A stretch of 64,000 nucleotides of DNA from Silvibacterium sp. (GCA_049799415.1 JBARHV010000127.1:5031-69030), one strand, 5' to 3'; shown: positions 19,455 through 29,158, counted from the first letter of the stretch. Numbers and translations: made by a program. The notes: generated by a model not told the origin, from the sequence alone.

Positions 19455-19524
19455 GCCTCCGCAAAAAACGGTTGTACTTTCGCTTCATGACATGCACGGA
19501 GAACACCCGAAACGAGAGGAAACC

Positions 19525-19857
19525 ATGAATCTGCACTCTTCCACTCCACGACCCCGCCTCCCGCGCCTGTGCTCGCAGGCCCGGATACTGACCGTTCCAT
19601 CCCTGATGTTGCTTGCGGCGCTGCCGGTCTATGCCCAAAGCACCGGCAGCGATCCGTGGGACAACGCGGTGAATGTCCTCAAAACCGCGTTCACCGGCAC
19701 GATAGCGACCGGCCTCAGTCTGGTCGCGATTGTCGTGGGAGGACTGATGTTCGCCTACGGCGAAGGCCAGTCCAAGCGCATGCTCGCCGGGATCGTCTTC
19801 GGCATCGGCATGGCGGTCGGCGCCGTGAACTTCATGGCGTGGCTCTTTCCGTCGTAG
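19525..19857 (+). CDS. VirB2/TrbC pilin
   Basis: Signal peptide ending VYAQ, then PW...FTG and two hydrophobic helices. Confidence 0.85.
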   Translation: MNLHSSTPRPRLPRLCSQARILTVPSLMLLAALPVYAQSTGSDPWDNAVNVLKTAFTGTIATGLSLVAIVVGGLMFAYGEGQSKRMLAGIVFGIGMAVGAVNFMAWLFPS

Positions 19858-19916
19858 CTCTTCGACGGCAGGCCCAACCACAACAGAACACTCGACAGGC
19901 GTAAAGGAGACGAGCT

Positions 19917-20228
19917 ATGGCAGAGGGCGGTTTTCGACAGAGCAGAGTCTACAAGGCGATGAACCGCCCGCTGACCGTTCTCGGCGCGGAGCGAAGGCTG
20001 TTCTTTGTCGCGCTGATTACCGGGGGAGCTGTCTTTTCTCTCATGCACTCCCTGGTCGGCGGCATTGTTTTGTTCATCGTGGGCGTCATCATCGCCCGCG
20101 TCGCCACCAAGCACGATGTCGAAATTCTCCGCGTGCTGTTCAACTCCGGCAAGTTCCGCCGCCGCTACGACCTCATGAAGCCGGATCCCATAGAAATCAC
20201 GATCAGGAGACGCGATGGTCAGAATTGA
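19917..20228 (+). CDS. VirB3/TrbD family protein
   Basis: AMNRPLTVLGAERR plus two TM segments; directly before virB4. Confidence 0.85.
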   Translation: MAEGGFRQSRVYKAMNRPLTVLGAERRLFFVALITGGAVFSLMHSLVGGIVLFIVGVIIARVATKHDVEILRVLFNSGKFRRRYDLMKPDPIEITIRRRDGQN

Positions 20229-22689
20229 CGCCATCACGAAGGACTGGAAAGAGGCGGGCTCGTTTCCGGCGCAGATCAACCTGTACGGGTTTTGGGATGA
20301 GCATTCCTTCCTCACCAAATCGGGCGATCTCGGCACTGTCCTGAAGATCGGAGGGATCGACTACGAGAGCCTCGACCACGCCGGGCGCGATTTTATGGTG
20401 AAACGTCTGGAAGCGGCCTTCCGCTCGCTCGATGACCGGACCCGGCTCTATCAAATTCTGTTCAAGCACAACCGCCCTGAGATTCCGCACGCGGAGTATG
20501 AAAATCCGCTGGTGCGCGCTGCTGTAGAGCAGCGTGCCGCGTTCCTCCAATCCAAGTCAGACCGTTTGTATTCCATCGAGGTTTTCTGGGCCGTGATGAT
20601 CGACGGCAGTTATCAGAAGGCGAGCCTACTACACGCGCTCGCCGCATTGTCGAAGCAGCCACGCGCGTCGCTGCGCGACCTGCGCGCGCTGTTCTCCGGA
20701 AATAAAGAGCGCACGCTCATTTACGCGCAGATCGAGCGCGACCGGTTGCGGTTGCAGCACAAGGTTCAGAGCTTGAGTGGGCAGCTAAACGACCTCATGA
20801 CGGTCGAGCTGCCAGGGGCGGAAGGGGCGTTTCGCATCCTGCGCCGTCTCGTAAACTTCCGCCCCTCGAAAAATCACAATGCGCGCTTGTACAGCGCCAA
20901 GCACATGGACTGGCAATTATGCGATTCCGAGCTGGAAGCGCATCGCGGCTACCTGCGCATGGATGACGACTATCTCCGCGTCCTCACGCTGAAAGAGCTT
21001 CCCTCGGAGACGCGGCCCTTGCTCTTGCAGGGACTGTTCGATATTCCCGCCAACTTCCACGTCGTCACCGAATGGCATCCGGTCGATAACGCGAAGGCCC
21101 GCAAAGAGATTGCCAGCCGCCGCCGGCATCACCACAACTCGAAGACTAGCTTCGTCTCGAACCTCCAGGACCGGCAGAACGCTGGGCCGAAGGACGAGCT
21201 GGTGGATGATTCGAAGGAGGCTGCTGTCGCAGAGCTTGGCGCAGCTCTCACTGCGCTGGGCATGGAAGGCAAGAACTTCGGCGAGTTCACGCTGTCGGTC
21301 GTGATCTACGATGAGGACCGCCTGAAAGCGGAGCATGCCGTCGCCGAGTTTCAGAAACTCTTCACGCAGCACGACGGCCTGCTTTATGAGGAACGGTACA
21401 ACCTGCTGAATGCGTTTTTTGCGACAGTTCCGGGCAACAAGCAGTTCAATCTGCGCAAACAGTGGGCGCTCAACTCCAACTACGCCGACCTGAGCTTTCT
21501 CTTCACCGTTGATAGTGGCAGTCAGTGGAACCCGCATCTGGAGCGGGAGTACCTGCTTGCACTCGAATCCACGCACGGCACACCCTACTATCTCAACCTG
21601 CACTCAGGCGATGTGCCGCACACGCTGCTACTTGGGGCCACTGGCTCGGGGAAGTCATTTTGTTTATCAACTACTCTGCAGGCAGCGCAGAAGTATGAGC
21701 CGCTGACCTTCATCTTCGACCTCGGCGGCAGCTACGAAACCCTGACGCGCGTCTTCGGCGGAACATACTTGAATGTCGGCCTGAAAAACCCCGGCTTCAC
21801 TATTAACCCGTTTTCCCTGGATCCAAGCGACGAGAACCAGAATTTTCTCTTTCTGTTTTTGCGCGTACTGATCGAATCCGGCGGGCGGTACGATCTGACG
21901 CCAGAAGATGAAAAGGCTCTGTTCGCCGCCATCGAACGTGTCTACAAATTGCCTGCCGCGATCAGGACGCTGACCAACTTCGCGTCCATTCTTGGTCCTT
22001 TGGGAGAGCGCCTGCACCGATGGACCCAGGCGGGCCAGTTCGGCCACTTCTTCGACAACGTGGAGGACACGCTTACGTTCTCCCGCTTCCAGACCTTCAA
22101 CTTCGATGGTTGGTCGGAATACCCGAACGTGCTGGAGCCGCTGCTGTTCTATGTGCTACAGCGCGCGTCCTCTGAGATCGAAAGGCCTAAGAATACGGCG
22201 ATCTTCAAGGTATTCGTGATCGACGAGGCATGGATCTTTCTCAGGAACAAGACCATCCGCGACTGGATCGTCCGCGGGGAGAAAACGTGGAGAAAAAAGA
22301 ACGCAGCCATGATCCTTGCGACGCAATCGGTCGTGGAGCTGGCCGCGTCGGACCTGCTGCATATCGTCAACGAGTCCTGTCCGACCAAGATATTTCTTGC
22401 CAACCCCAACATCGACCGCAAGCTGTATGCCGACATCTTCCAGTTGAACGACACCCAGCTTGAGCTGCTGGAATCGCTTATCCCCAAGAGGGAGCTGCTG
22501 GTGATCCAGCCGCGCGGGACCAAAAAGCTGGCCCTCGAAGTCGATGTGCTGACCTACTGGATTGCCACCAACAATTCACGCGACAACCTGCGTAAACAGG
22601 ACTACTTCGCCCGCTACGGACCGGAACAGGGACTCCTGCGCCTGGTCCACGACTACCCCAACCCTACACAACATGAGGTGAACCGATGA
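20215..22689 (+). CDS. VirB4/TrbE ATPase
   Basis: Walker A GATGSGKS, Walker B VIDEAW, RKKNA..ATQS; 824 aa. Confidence 0.93.
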   Translation: MVRIDAITKDWKEAGSFPAQINLYGFWDEHSFLTKSGDLGTVLKIGGIDYESLDHAGRDFMVKRLEAAFRSLDDRTRLYQILFKHNRPEIPHAEYENPLVRAAVEQRAAFLQSKSDRLYSIEVFWAVMIDGSYQKASLLHALAALSKQPRASLRDLRALFSGNKERTLIYAQIERDRLRLQHKVQSLSGQLNDLMTVELPGAEGAFRILRRLVNFRPSKNHNARLYSAKHMDWQLCDSELEAHRGYLRMDDDYLRVLTLKELPSETRPLLLQGLFDIPANFHVVTEWHPVDNAKARKEIASRRRHHHNSKTSFVSNLQDRQNAGPKDELVDDSKEAAVAELGAALTALGMEGKNFGEFTLSVVIYDEDRLKAEHAVAEFQKLFTQHDGLLYEERYNLLNAFFATVPGNKQFNLRKQWALNSNYADLSFLFTVDSGSQWNPHLEREYLLALESTHGTPYYLNLHSGDVPHTLLLGATGSGKSFCLSTTLQAAQKYEPLTFIFDLGGSYETLTRVFGGTYLNVGLKNPGFTINPFSLDPSDENQNFLFLFLRVLIESGGRYDLTPEDEKALFAAIERVYKLPAAIRTLTNFASILGPLGERLHRWTQAGQFGHFFDNVEDTLTFSRFQTFNFDGWSEYPNVLEPLLFYVLQRASSEIERPKNTAIFKVFVIDEAWIFLRNKTIRDWIVRGEKTWRKKNAAMILATQSVVELAASDLLHIVNESCPTKIFLANPNIDRKLYADIFQLNDTQLELLESLIPKRELLVIQPRGTKKLALEVDVLTYWIATNNSRDNLRKQDYFARYGPEQGLLRLVHDYPNPTQHEVNR

Positions 22690-23438
22690 ACCGCGCTCCT
22701 ATTTTTCCGCTGGTGCTCGGTCTGGTTGCGACCGTCGCCCACGGTCAGCAATCAGCCCGCATCGTCCACTACCACGCCAACGACATCGTGAGTGTTCGCG
22801 GCAAAATGAGCTACACCACACTAATTCAGCTTCCCCCGACAGAGAAAATTCTGGATGCTGCGACCGGCGATAAAGACTTCTGGATCGTCGATATGGTCGG
22901 AAACTATTGTTTTGTTCATCCGGCAAAAGCTGGCATCCACTCCAGCCTTGACCTGATCACCGACAAAGGGAATGTTTATTCCTTCACGCTGGATGATGAC
23001 GAGTCCACTGAGCCCGACCTGAAGGTGGTCATCGAGCCGAGCGATCCATCTTCTCTGGCCGCCGCCGATAGCCCAACAAAATGGGTGTCGGCTTCGGAAG
23101 TCGCCGCCGCCGAGGCGCAGGCCCGCCTTGCGCAACAGCACGCGGCACAGGCCGTCGAAGAGTTCCGCGCCAACTATCCCACCACGGCGCTGAAGTTCGA
23201 TTACACCTTCCACGACGACAAGCCCTTCGATGTCTCCGCGATCTACCACGACAACAAATTTACCTACATCAAGTCGTCGGCTGCGGAGAAGTTCTCTGTG
23301 TACGAACTGAAGGACAAGAAACCCGACCTGATTACCTTCCAGTTGAAGGATGGCACCTACATCCTCCCCACCGTAGTTGACAAAGGCTATCTCGAGATCG
23401 GCAAGCACCGGCTCGAATTTCAGCGGAAGGCACAGTAG
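22686..23438 (+). CDS. VirB9/TrbG family protein
   Basis: Signal peptide, TTLIQLP, LITDKG.YSF, IYHDNKFTYI. Confidence 0.82.
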   Translation: MNRAPIFPLVLGLVATVAHGQQSARIVHYHANDIVSVRGKMSYTTLIQLPPTEKILDAATGDKDFWIVDMVGNYCFVHPAKAGIHSSLDLITDKGNVYSFTLDDDESTEPDLKVVIEPSDPSSLAAADSPTKWVSASEVAAAEAQARLAQQHAAQAVEEFRANYPTTALKFDYTFHDDKPFDVSAIYHDNKFTYIKSSAAEKFSVYELKDKKPDLITFQLKDGTYILPTVVDKGYLEIGKHRLEFQRKAQ

Positions 23439-23447
23439 GGGGGCGAG

Positions 23448-24698
23448 ATGGCAGAAGAGAAATCGGTCCCTGAAACTACGGCGCAGGAAATGTCACCGGC
23501 AGCGCAATCGCAAACACCGCCAACAGCTCCGGCAGTCCGTGACAAGCGCAGGCTGCCGGAAGGCGTCGTTCCCAAGCAGGCACAAGGCTATGTCGTTGCC
23601 GGACTTGCTCTGCTGATCCTAATGGCCGTGATGTTCTCGAAAAACCACGCCAGGACTGCGCAGAAAGACGTGCCGCCTCCCTCGCTGGCCGTTTCCACGG
23701 ACATGAATCAGTGGAAGATTCAGGAATTGGAGCAGGACCTCAGCGCGGACCAGCGGCAGAGTGAACAACAGGCCCAGGCGCAAAAGGCAGATGCGGGCAC
23801 ATCTCCTGTAGCAGGCAATGCGGCAGCAGCGGCCAACACGATGCCAGCCTCCACAGGACAGTTGCCGCCGACCGAGCCGCCCCGCGATCCCATTGCCGAG
23901 GCAGAAAAGGCGCTGGCCTTCAAGGCCCGCTTTGCATCGAACTTGGTCTCCGGCAACGACGATGTATCGAGCGTCTCCTCTTCCGTATCCGCGCCTTTGC
24001 CCGCCGCAAACACCGGAGTGGCAAATAGTCTGGTCACCTCGTCCCCCACATCGCCGCAGCCGGGCGCAGTCGGGAAGCGCGCGCCGGAGGTGAATGTCAA
24101 CTCCGCGCACGGCCAGCCCTTTGTGCTCTTCGAGGGGACCACCATCGACACGGCACTCGTGAACCGTCTCGATGGCGAGTTCGCCGGGCCAGTCAAGGTC
24201 ATGGTCACCAATCCTGTCTACAGTCAGGACCGCCAGCATGTCCTGATTCCCGAAGGCACGTTCATCCTCGGCGATGCACAGAAGGTCTCCGGCTTCGGCC
24301 AGAAGCGCCTTGCCGTCGCCTTCCACCGCATGTTGATGCCGGACGGCTACTCCGTCGATCTCGACCAGTTTCACGGTCTCGACCAGGCGGGTGAAACGGG
24401 CCTGAAAGACAAGGTCAATAACCATTACCTCGAAATCTTCGGCGCTTCCATTGCACTCGGCGTCATCGCCGGCGCAGCCGAAGCGACCACGGACTCAGGA
24501 ATTGAGGAGAACGGCTCCGATGTGTACCGGCAGGGTATGGCCGAGAGCCTTACCGCTTCCGGCGCCAACGTGCTCGACAAATTCATCAACATCCCTCCCA
24601 CCATCACCATCCACGAAGGCCATCGCATCAAGATTTACCTCACGCAAGACATGCTGTTGCCTGCCTATGAGAACCACGACATGCCGGGAGTGATGTGA
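23448..24698 (+). CDS. VirB10/TrbI family protein
   Basis: N-terminal TM, Pro/Ala linker, EGTTID, DQAGETGL, NIPPTITI. Confidence 0.9.
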   Translation: MAEEKSVPETTAQEMSPAAQSQTPPTAPAVRDKRRLPEGVVPKQAQGYVVAGLALLILMAVMFSKNHARTAQKDVPPPSLAVSTDMNQWKIQELEQDLSADQRQSEQQAQAQKADAGTSPVAGNAAAAANTMPASTGQLPPTEPPRDPIAEAEKALAFKARFASNLVSGNDDVSSVSSSVSAPLPAANTGVANSLVTSSPTSPQPGAVGKRAPEVNVNSAHGQPFVLFEGTTIDTALVNRLDGEFAGPVKVMVTNPVYSQDRQHVLIPEGTFILGDAQKVSGFGQKRLAVAFHRMLMPDGYSVDLDQFHGLDQAGETGLKDKVNNHYLEIFGASIALGVIAGAAEATTDSGIEENGSDVYRQGMAESLTASGANVLDKFINIPPTITIHEGHRIKIYLTQDMLLPAYENHDMPGVM

Positions 24699-24837
24699 TA
24701 CGCCTTGCTTCGCTCGCGCTTCTCGGCGTGCTTGTGGTTGGCTGCGCCTCCCCCTCGCCTCCGAAGAAACCATCCCCTTATCGCTACACAACCACCGCGC
24801 CGTTGCTTACGCTCGACGCGCACAGAAAGGAACCGCT

Positions 24838-25704
24838 ATGAAATACGGCAAATTGCTTTTTTCAGTTTTAGCCCTCACCCTTGCGCTCGCGCCTGCGGCG
24901 CAGGCGCAGTTCGGCAGCGGGATCGTCTTCGACCCAACGCAGAGCGCCCATGCCCTGCAGCAGATCGAGCAGGGATCACAGGGTCTCCAGACCGCCGAAC
25001 AGATTTACACCAGCACTTACAAAACCATGACCCAGGTGATCGCGGCCTACAACCTCGCCTACCAAATGTCGCAGATGCCGCAGGACCTCGCCGCGCGTTA
25101 TAAGTCCGACTTCTCCGTGTGGACCAATCTCACCAATCCAAGCCTTTCGGCGGCGAATACTTCCGGAGCTACCTCCGCATGGATCAACGCGCTCGATCTC
25201 GGCAACCCGACACGCGCCACCTCCGCGTATACCGGAGCAGTCATTCAGCTGCAAAGTGGCAGCCTGTCTTCTCAGGATGCTGCGACTCAGGCCAACATCC
25301 AGAACCAGTACGCCAGCTCGGAAATCGGACAGGCGACGCTGACCAGTTCGCTGTCCACGCTGGGGACGATCCGCTCCGACTCGCAGACCTTCCAGCAGAA
25401 GCTGGCGAATCTTGAATCGGACACCTACTCGACTGACCCCAGCCAGCAGACCTCGAATGCTCTGCTTGGCAAGATCAATTCCGCCACACTGCTGCAGATT
25501 CACTCACAGCAGGACACCAACCAGATCCTAGCCACGGCTGCCGCGCAGCAAGCGCTCGATGCCAAAGAGGAACTGGACGAGCGCAACCGGCTCATCAATC
25601 AGTCGATTTACTTCCAGCAAAACTTCTCCACTCTCATGCAGAACGTGACCGGCGGCGTGAGCGATTCCATTCATGCCGTCTCCCTCTCGACTAGAGGACA
25701 GTGA
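24838..25704 (+). CDS. VirB5/TrbJ-like secreted protein
   Basis: Signal peptide AQAQ, IVFDPT motif, Gln-rich helices; directly before virB6. Confidence 0.7.
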   Translation: MKYGKLLFSVLALTLALAPAAQAQFGSGIVFDPTQSAHALQQIEQGSQGLQTAEQIYTSTYKTMTQVIAAYNLAYQMSQMPQDLAARYKSDFSVWTNLTNPSLSAANTSGATSAWINALDLGNPTRATSAYTGAVIQLQSGSLSSQDAATQANIQNQYASSEIGQATLTSSLSTLGTIRSDSQTFQQKLANLESDTYSTDPSQQTSNALLGKINSATLLQIHSQQDTNQILATAAAQQALDAKEELDERNRLINQSIYFQQNFSTLMQNVTGGVSDSIHAVSLSTRGQ

Positions 25705-25707
25705 GCC

Positions 25708-26532
25708 ATGCCGCAGAACCCGTTTACCTTTCTCAACCAGGCCATCAGCCAGCTACTGACGGCCAACAGCCCTGCGCTGCAGGCCACGGGCCTGGACATC
25801 TTTCGTGGCCTGGCCATAATTCTGATCGCCTGGTTTGGGATCAAGTCCGCCCTGTCCTCCGCGCAGGGACACGGCGGCGGATTTCATTTTTCGAAATTTG
25901 CCGACCTGATCCTGATGATTGCGTTTGGCCTCGGCATGTTGACCTACTACTCGACGCCCATCCCCGGCGTCGGCTACAGCTTCAGCGACCTCATTACCCA
26001 GGAAGCCCTCACCCTATCCAGCAAGATCGAGTCACAGCAGACGCAGCAGATCGCCAACACCATCGTCAACGCGGAGCAACAGCTTGGCACTCCACCTGGA
26101 AAGTTCGACATCCTGGAAGACCTGACTTTTCTGGTGATCGCGCTCCTACTGGCGGCTATGCAGGCTGTGGCCTTCGCTGTTATCGCCTACGGCCTGGTTG
26201 CCTCCGCCGTGTGCGTCCTGATCGGGCCGGTCTTTATCCCCTGGTTCATCGTGCCGAAGATGGACTGGCTCTTTTGGGGATGGTTCAAGGCATTCATCGG
26301 CTTCAGCTTCTATCAGGTGATTGCTTCCGCCTTCATTTACGTCTTCGGGCAAGTCCTGACCTCGATGTTCAAAGTCATCGGCAACATCAGCATCACGAAT
26401 GCGCTGACGATTATGCCTGCGCTGCTGCTCACGCTGTTTGTCTGCATCTACGGCCTGGTCAAGATACCGGAGCTGACAGGTTCCATCCTCAGCGGCCGCA
26501 GCGGAACCTGGGTCAATCCGATAGGGAAGTAA
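25708..26532 (+). CDS. VirB6/TrbL family membrane protein
   Basis: Polytopic; IGPVFIPW...LFWGW motif. Confidence 0.82.
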   Translation: MPQNPFTFLNQAISQLLTANSPALQATGLDIFRGLAIILIAWFGIKSALSSAQGHGGGFHFSKFADLILMIAFGLGMLTYYSTPIPGVGYSFSDLITQEALTLSSKIESQQTQQIANTIVNAEQQLGTPPGKFDILEDLTFLVIALLLAAMQAVAFAVIAYGLVASAVCVLIGPVFIPWFIVPKMDWLFWGWFKAFIGFSFYQVIASAFIYVFGQVLTSMFKVIGNISITNALTIMPALLLTLFVCIYGLVKIPELTGSILSGRSGTWVNPIGK

Positions 26533-26536
26533 CACT

Positions 26537-27214
26537 ATGACAAAAACATCCTTCTCTACTACCGATGCCGGTCACAAGTTCCTCGAACTGTATGCCGAAC
26601 CGATTGTGACCAATACCTACCTCAAGGTTGCCCTGCTCGTGCTCTCGATGGTCGCGCTCGCGCTGCTTGCGCTTCTCTATCGAGCACAGACCGCTGCCTC
26701 GCGGCTGAAGCCGCTCGTCATCTCCATCTCGGACATCGGGCGCGGCCAGGTGATGAACTACGACGACTTCTCGAAACTTCCCGTCGAGCGTGTCAGCAAA
26801 TACTATCTGGCGCGGTGGGCTGAACTCTACTATGGGCGCAATCACGCCACGCTGCAACGGGACTTTTCGCAGTCGCTGGATTTCCTCTCGAACCAGTTGC
26901 AGTCCGCAACGCTCCAGCAGGTGAACCAACAGAAGACACTTCAGGCCTTCCTGCTCGATCCAAGCGCGCCCAACGTGGACATCGAGATCGATGCGGTCGT
27001 GCTGGAGGACACCCGGCAGGCTCCGTATCGCGCGCAGATTGAATTTCAGAGAGTCTTCCGCTCTCCGGGCGATGGCCAGGAGCAGCGGCGCGAACGCTGG
27101 ACTGCCAACGTCCTCTATGGCTTCCGCGACGAAGTGCCCAACCAAATGCTGCTGACCAATCCCCTCGGTCTCGTCATTAGCTACGTCCACGAAGACCAGG
27201 CATTTGGGAGCTAG
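26537..27214 (+). CDS. VirB8/TrbF family protein
   Basis: Single TM, C-terminal NPLGLVI motif. Confidence 0.87.
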   Translation: MTKTSFSTTDAGHKFLELYAEPIVTNTYLKVALLVLSMVALALLALLYRAQTAASRLKPLVISISDIGRGQVMNYDDFSKLPVERVSKYYLARWAELYYGRNHATLQRDFSQSLDFLSNQLQSATLQQVNQQKTLQAFLLDPSAPNVDIEIDAVVLEDTRQAPYRAQIEFQRVFRSPGDGQEQRRERWTANVLYGFRDEVPNQMLLTNPLGLVISYVHEDQAFGS

Positions 27215-27219
27215 AGGCC

Positions 27220-27606
27220 ATGCGACCGAAAAAGCAAATCCTCCTCTACTGTCCCGACCCTGAACTGCTTTCGGCTCTGGCGTTCGTACTGCGGCTCCAT
27301 CTCTATGACGTTATCGCCGTTCACGACAGCAACGATGCGATAGGAATGAGCGAGGGCGGTGCCGCAGTCTGCGGCGTGCTGGTCCATGTGCAGCAGGCCG
27401 ATCCCGCCGGAAGAGTTGTCCACCGCATTCTCGAGTGCGCGTCGCATCTGCCGCTCCTGTTAGTCGATCGTGTTGGAGATCTCGCGCCGGTGCGCTACGC
27501 CGACATGGTCCTCTATGGCCGCAATACCACGACATCCCATATCCTCGCCGCGCTTCATGTGCTGTGCCATCGCAAGCGTGGAGCAAAGCCACGGAGCATC
27601 GCATGA
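27220..27606 (+). CDS. Degenerate CheY-like receiver-domain protein
   Basis: Alternating beta/alpha pattern (ILLY, DVIAV, GVLVH, PLLLV) without the conserved Asp residues. Confidence 0.55.
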   Translation: MRPKKQILLYCPDPELLSALAFVLRLHLYDVIAVHDSNDAIGMSEGGAAVCGVLVHVQQADPAGRVVHRILECASHLPLLLVDRVGDLAPVRYADMVLYGRNTTTSHILAALHVLCHRKRGAKPRSIA

Positions 27607-27700
27607 AATACCTCTCCGTGTCCTCGGCAGCTCGATGGCGGTTCCGGTCATGCATGGGATCGGAGAGCACATCGCAGCGGTCGATGGAATCCTCCACGAG
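27603..27700 (+). pseudogene. Internally deleted C5-cytosine DNA methyltransferase scar
   Basis: MKYLSV (start of motif I) joined out of frame to LGSSMAVPVMHGIGEHI (motif X-like, GNS.AVPV..IG). Confidence 0.65.
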
Positions 27701-28011
27701 ATCGCTTTGCGGAGAGCACCGTGGGCAGGCGGTCGCAAATTCGGACGAGGCAGGCACACCCTTTCACTCGCAAACAGATGGTTCCTTTTCTGCCCTCGCC
27801 AATCGGAAACCGTGCTGTCCGGTCTTCGCTCCGTCGCCCAGGAAACTCTTCGCGCGACAGCCAGAGGACGACACTGCAGCGGCAAGGTTCGCCAACTTTC
27901 TGCTCTTGCAGCCGGAAGCATGGCAAGCGGCATGGAATGGTTCTACCGGCCCGGTCGCAGTGGCGCCCTTTTGGAAATGGCCTTCAGTAGAGGGTTTCCA
28001 TAGATCGCCAC

Positions 28012-28274
28012 CTCTCCCGTATTTTCCCTGCTCACCCTCGGTCACTCGCTCGGTGCTGGTCCCGCGCCCGTCGGCACTCGGCGTTCTGCTTCGACTTCGC
28101 CGCCCAAAGGGTTTCGGCTTTCAGAAAATCTTTTGTGCAACGAACGCAAAAAGATTTCCCGAACCTCCCGAAAAAGCACGCTTTCGGCGCTAGGGAGCGG
28201 GGCACACTCGCGTCGCGTTGCGCAAGAGTGTCCCGAGGGCAATCCGGGCAAATACAAACAGGAGAAATAACATG
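28012..28274 (+). promoter_or_regulatory. Long imperfect hairpin, candidate ssDNA promoter upstream of ssb
   Basis: Nested TCTCC/GGAGA, GTATTT/AAATAC, CCCTCGG/CCGAGGG, CACTC/GAGTG, TTTCGG/CCGAAA; shares core motifs with 18278-18519. Confidence 0.55.
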
Positions 28275-28679
28275 TCACTCTACGAAAACAAAATCGCTCT
28301 GAAGGGCTACCTAGGCAATGACGCCCAGAGCTTCGCAACCCGGCAGCAGAACTCCTTCGTGGTTCTGTCGCTCGCCACCAAGTCCGGTTACAAGGACAAG
28401 CAGACGAACCAGTGGGTGAACCACACCGAATGGCACCGCATCGTCGCCTTCGGCAAGCCCGCCGACTACGCGAAGAATCTGAAGAAGGGCGACTACGTGC
28501 AGATCGAGGGCGAACTGCGCAGCACCGAGTACGACGCCGAGGTCGGCGAGGACAGGAAGAAAACCACGGTGAAGCGCCGCGGTTGGGAGGTTCGCGCCAG
28601 CATCGTGAAGAAGCTGACGCAGCCTGCCCCCGGCGAGAACCCCGACGCCGAGCCGATCACGGAGGACGACGCGGCTTAG
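28272..28679 (+). CDS. ssb: Single-stranded DNA-binding protein
   Basis: NKIALKGYLGND, SLAT, TEWHRIVAF, LKKGDYVQIEGELRS. Confidence 0.9.
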   Translation: MSLYENKIALKGYLGNDAQSFATRQQNSFVVLSLATKSGYKDKQTNQWVNHTEWHRIVAFGKPADYAKNLKKGDYVQIEGELRSTEYDAEVGEDRKKTTVKRRGWEVRASIVKKLTQPAPGENPDAEPITEDDAA

Positions 28680-28710
28680 GCCGCGTTGTCCTCCCTCGGG
28701 AGGCGCAATC

Positions 28711-29109
28711 ATGACTGCTCTCTTCAAGAATATCGTCACGTTGCGCGGGTTCCTCGGCAGGAATGCCGAGGCGCCGCCCTCGGATGGAATCACCGAGGAC
28801 GCTTACTCAATTCTGCTGCTAGCGACCGTCTCCGGCACATGGGACCTCTCCACCAATCAGTGGACGCCCCGCATCGACTGGCATCGCATCATCTGCCTCG
28901 GCCCGTTCTTCTGCGGTTTCACCCGCGGCATGAGGCGCGGTGATTATCTCGAAATCACAGGCGAGCTGCGCGCCCTGGAGCAGGAGCGTGGCGTGGTCGT
29001 TGGCGGTGAACGCTTCCCGGTGAGCCGTAGCGTCTACGCCGTCCACGCGATACGCATTCAACGGCTGGACCGGCCTGAAGCACTGGTCGATTTCGGCGAG
29101 GACGGCTAA
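28711..29109 (+). CDS. Second, divergent SSB-family protein
   Basis: NIVTLRGFLGRNAE, DWHRIIC, RRGDYLEITGELR. Confidence 0.8.
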   Translation: MTALFKNIVTLRGFLGRNAEAPPSDGITEDAYSILLLATVSGTWDLSTNQWTPRIDWHRIICLGPFFCGFTRGMRRGDYLEITGELRALEQERGVVVGGERFPVSRSVYAVHAIRIQRLDRPEALVDFGEDG

Positions 29110-29125
29110 CGTCATCCCATCTTTC

Positions 29126-29158
29126 GCGGAGGGGCCGACGCCTCTCCGCTTTTTTTCT
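29126..29158 (+). terminator. Rho-independent terminator after the ssb pair
   Basis: GCGGAGGGGC-cgac-GCCTCTCCGC followed by a T tract. Confidence 0.75.

Noticed and set aside
24695..24841. Possible virB7-like small gene between virB10 and virB5
   Set aside because: The short frame has no convincing lipobox or ribosome-binding site.
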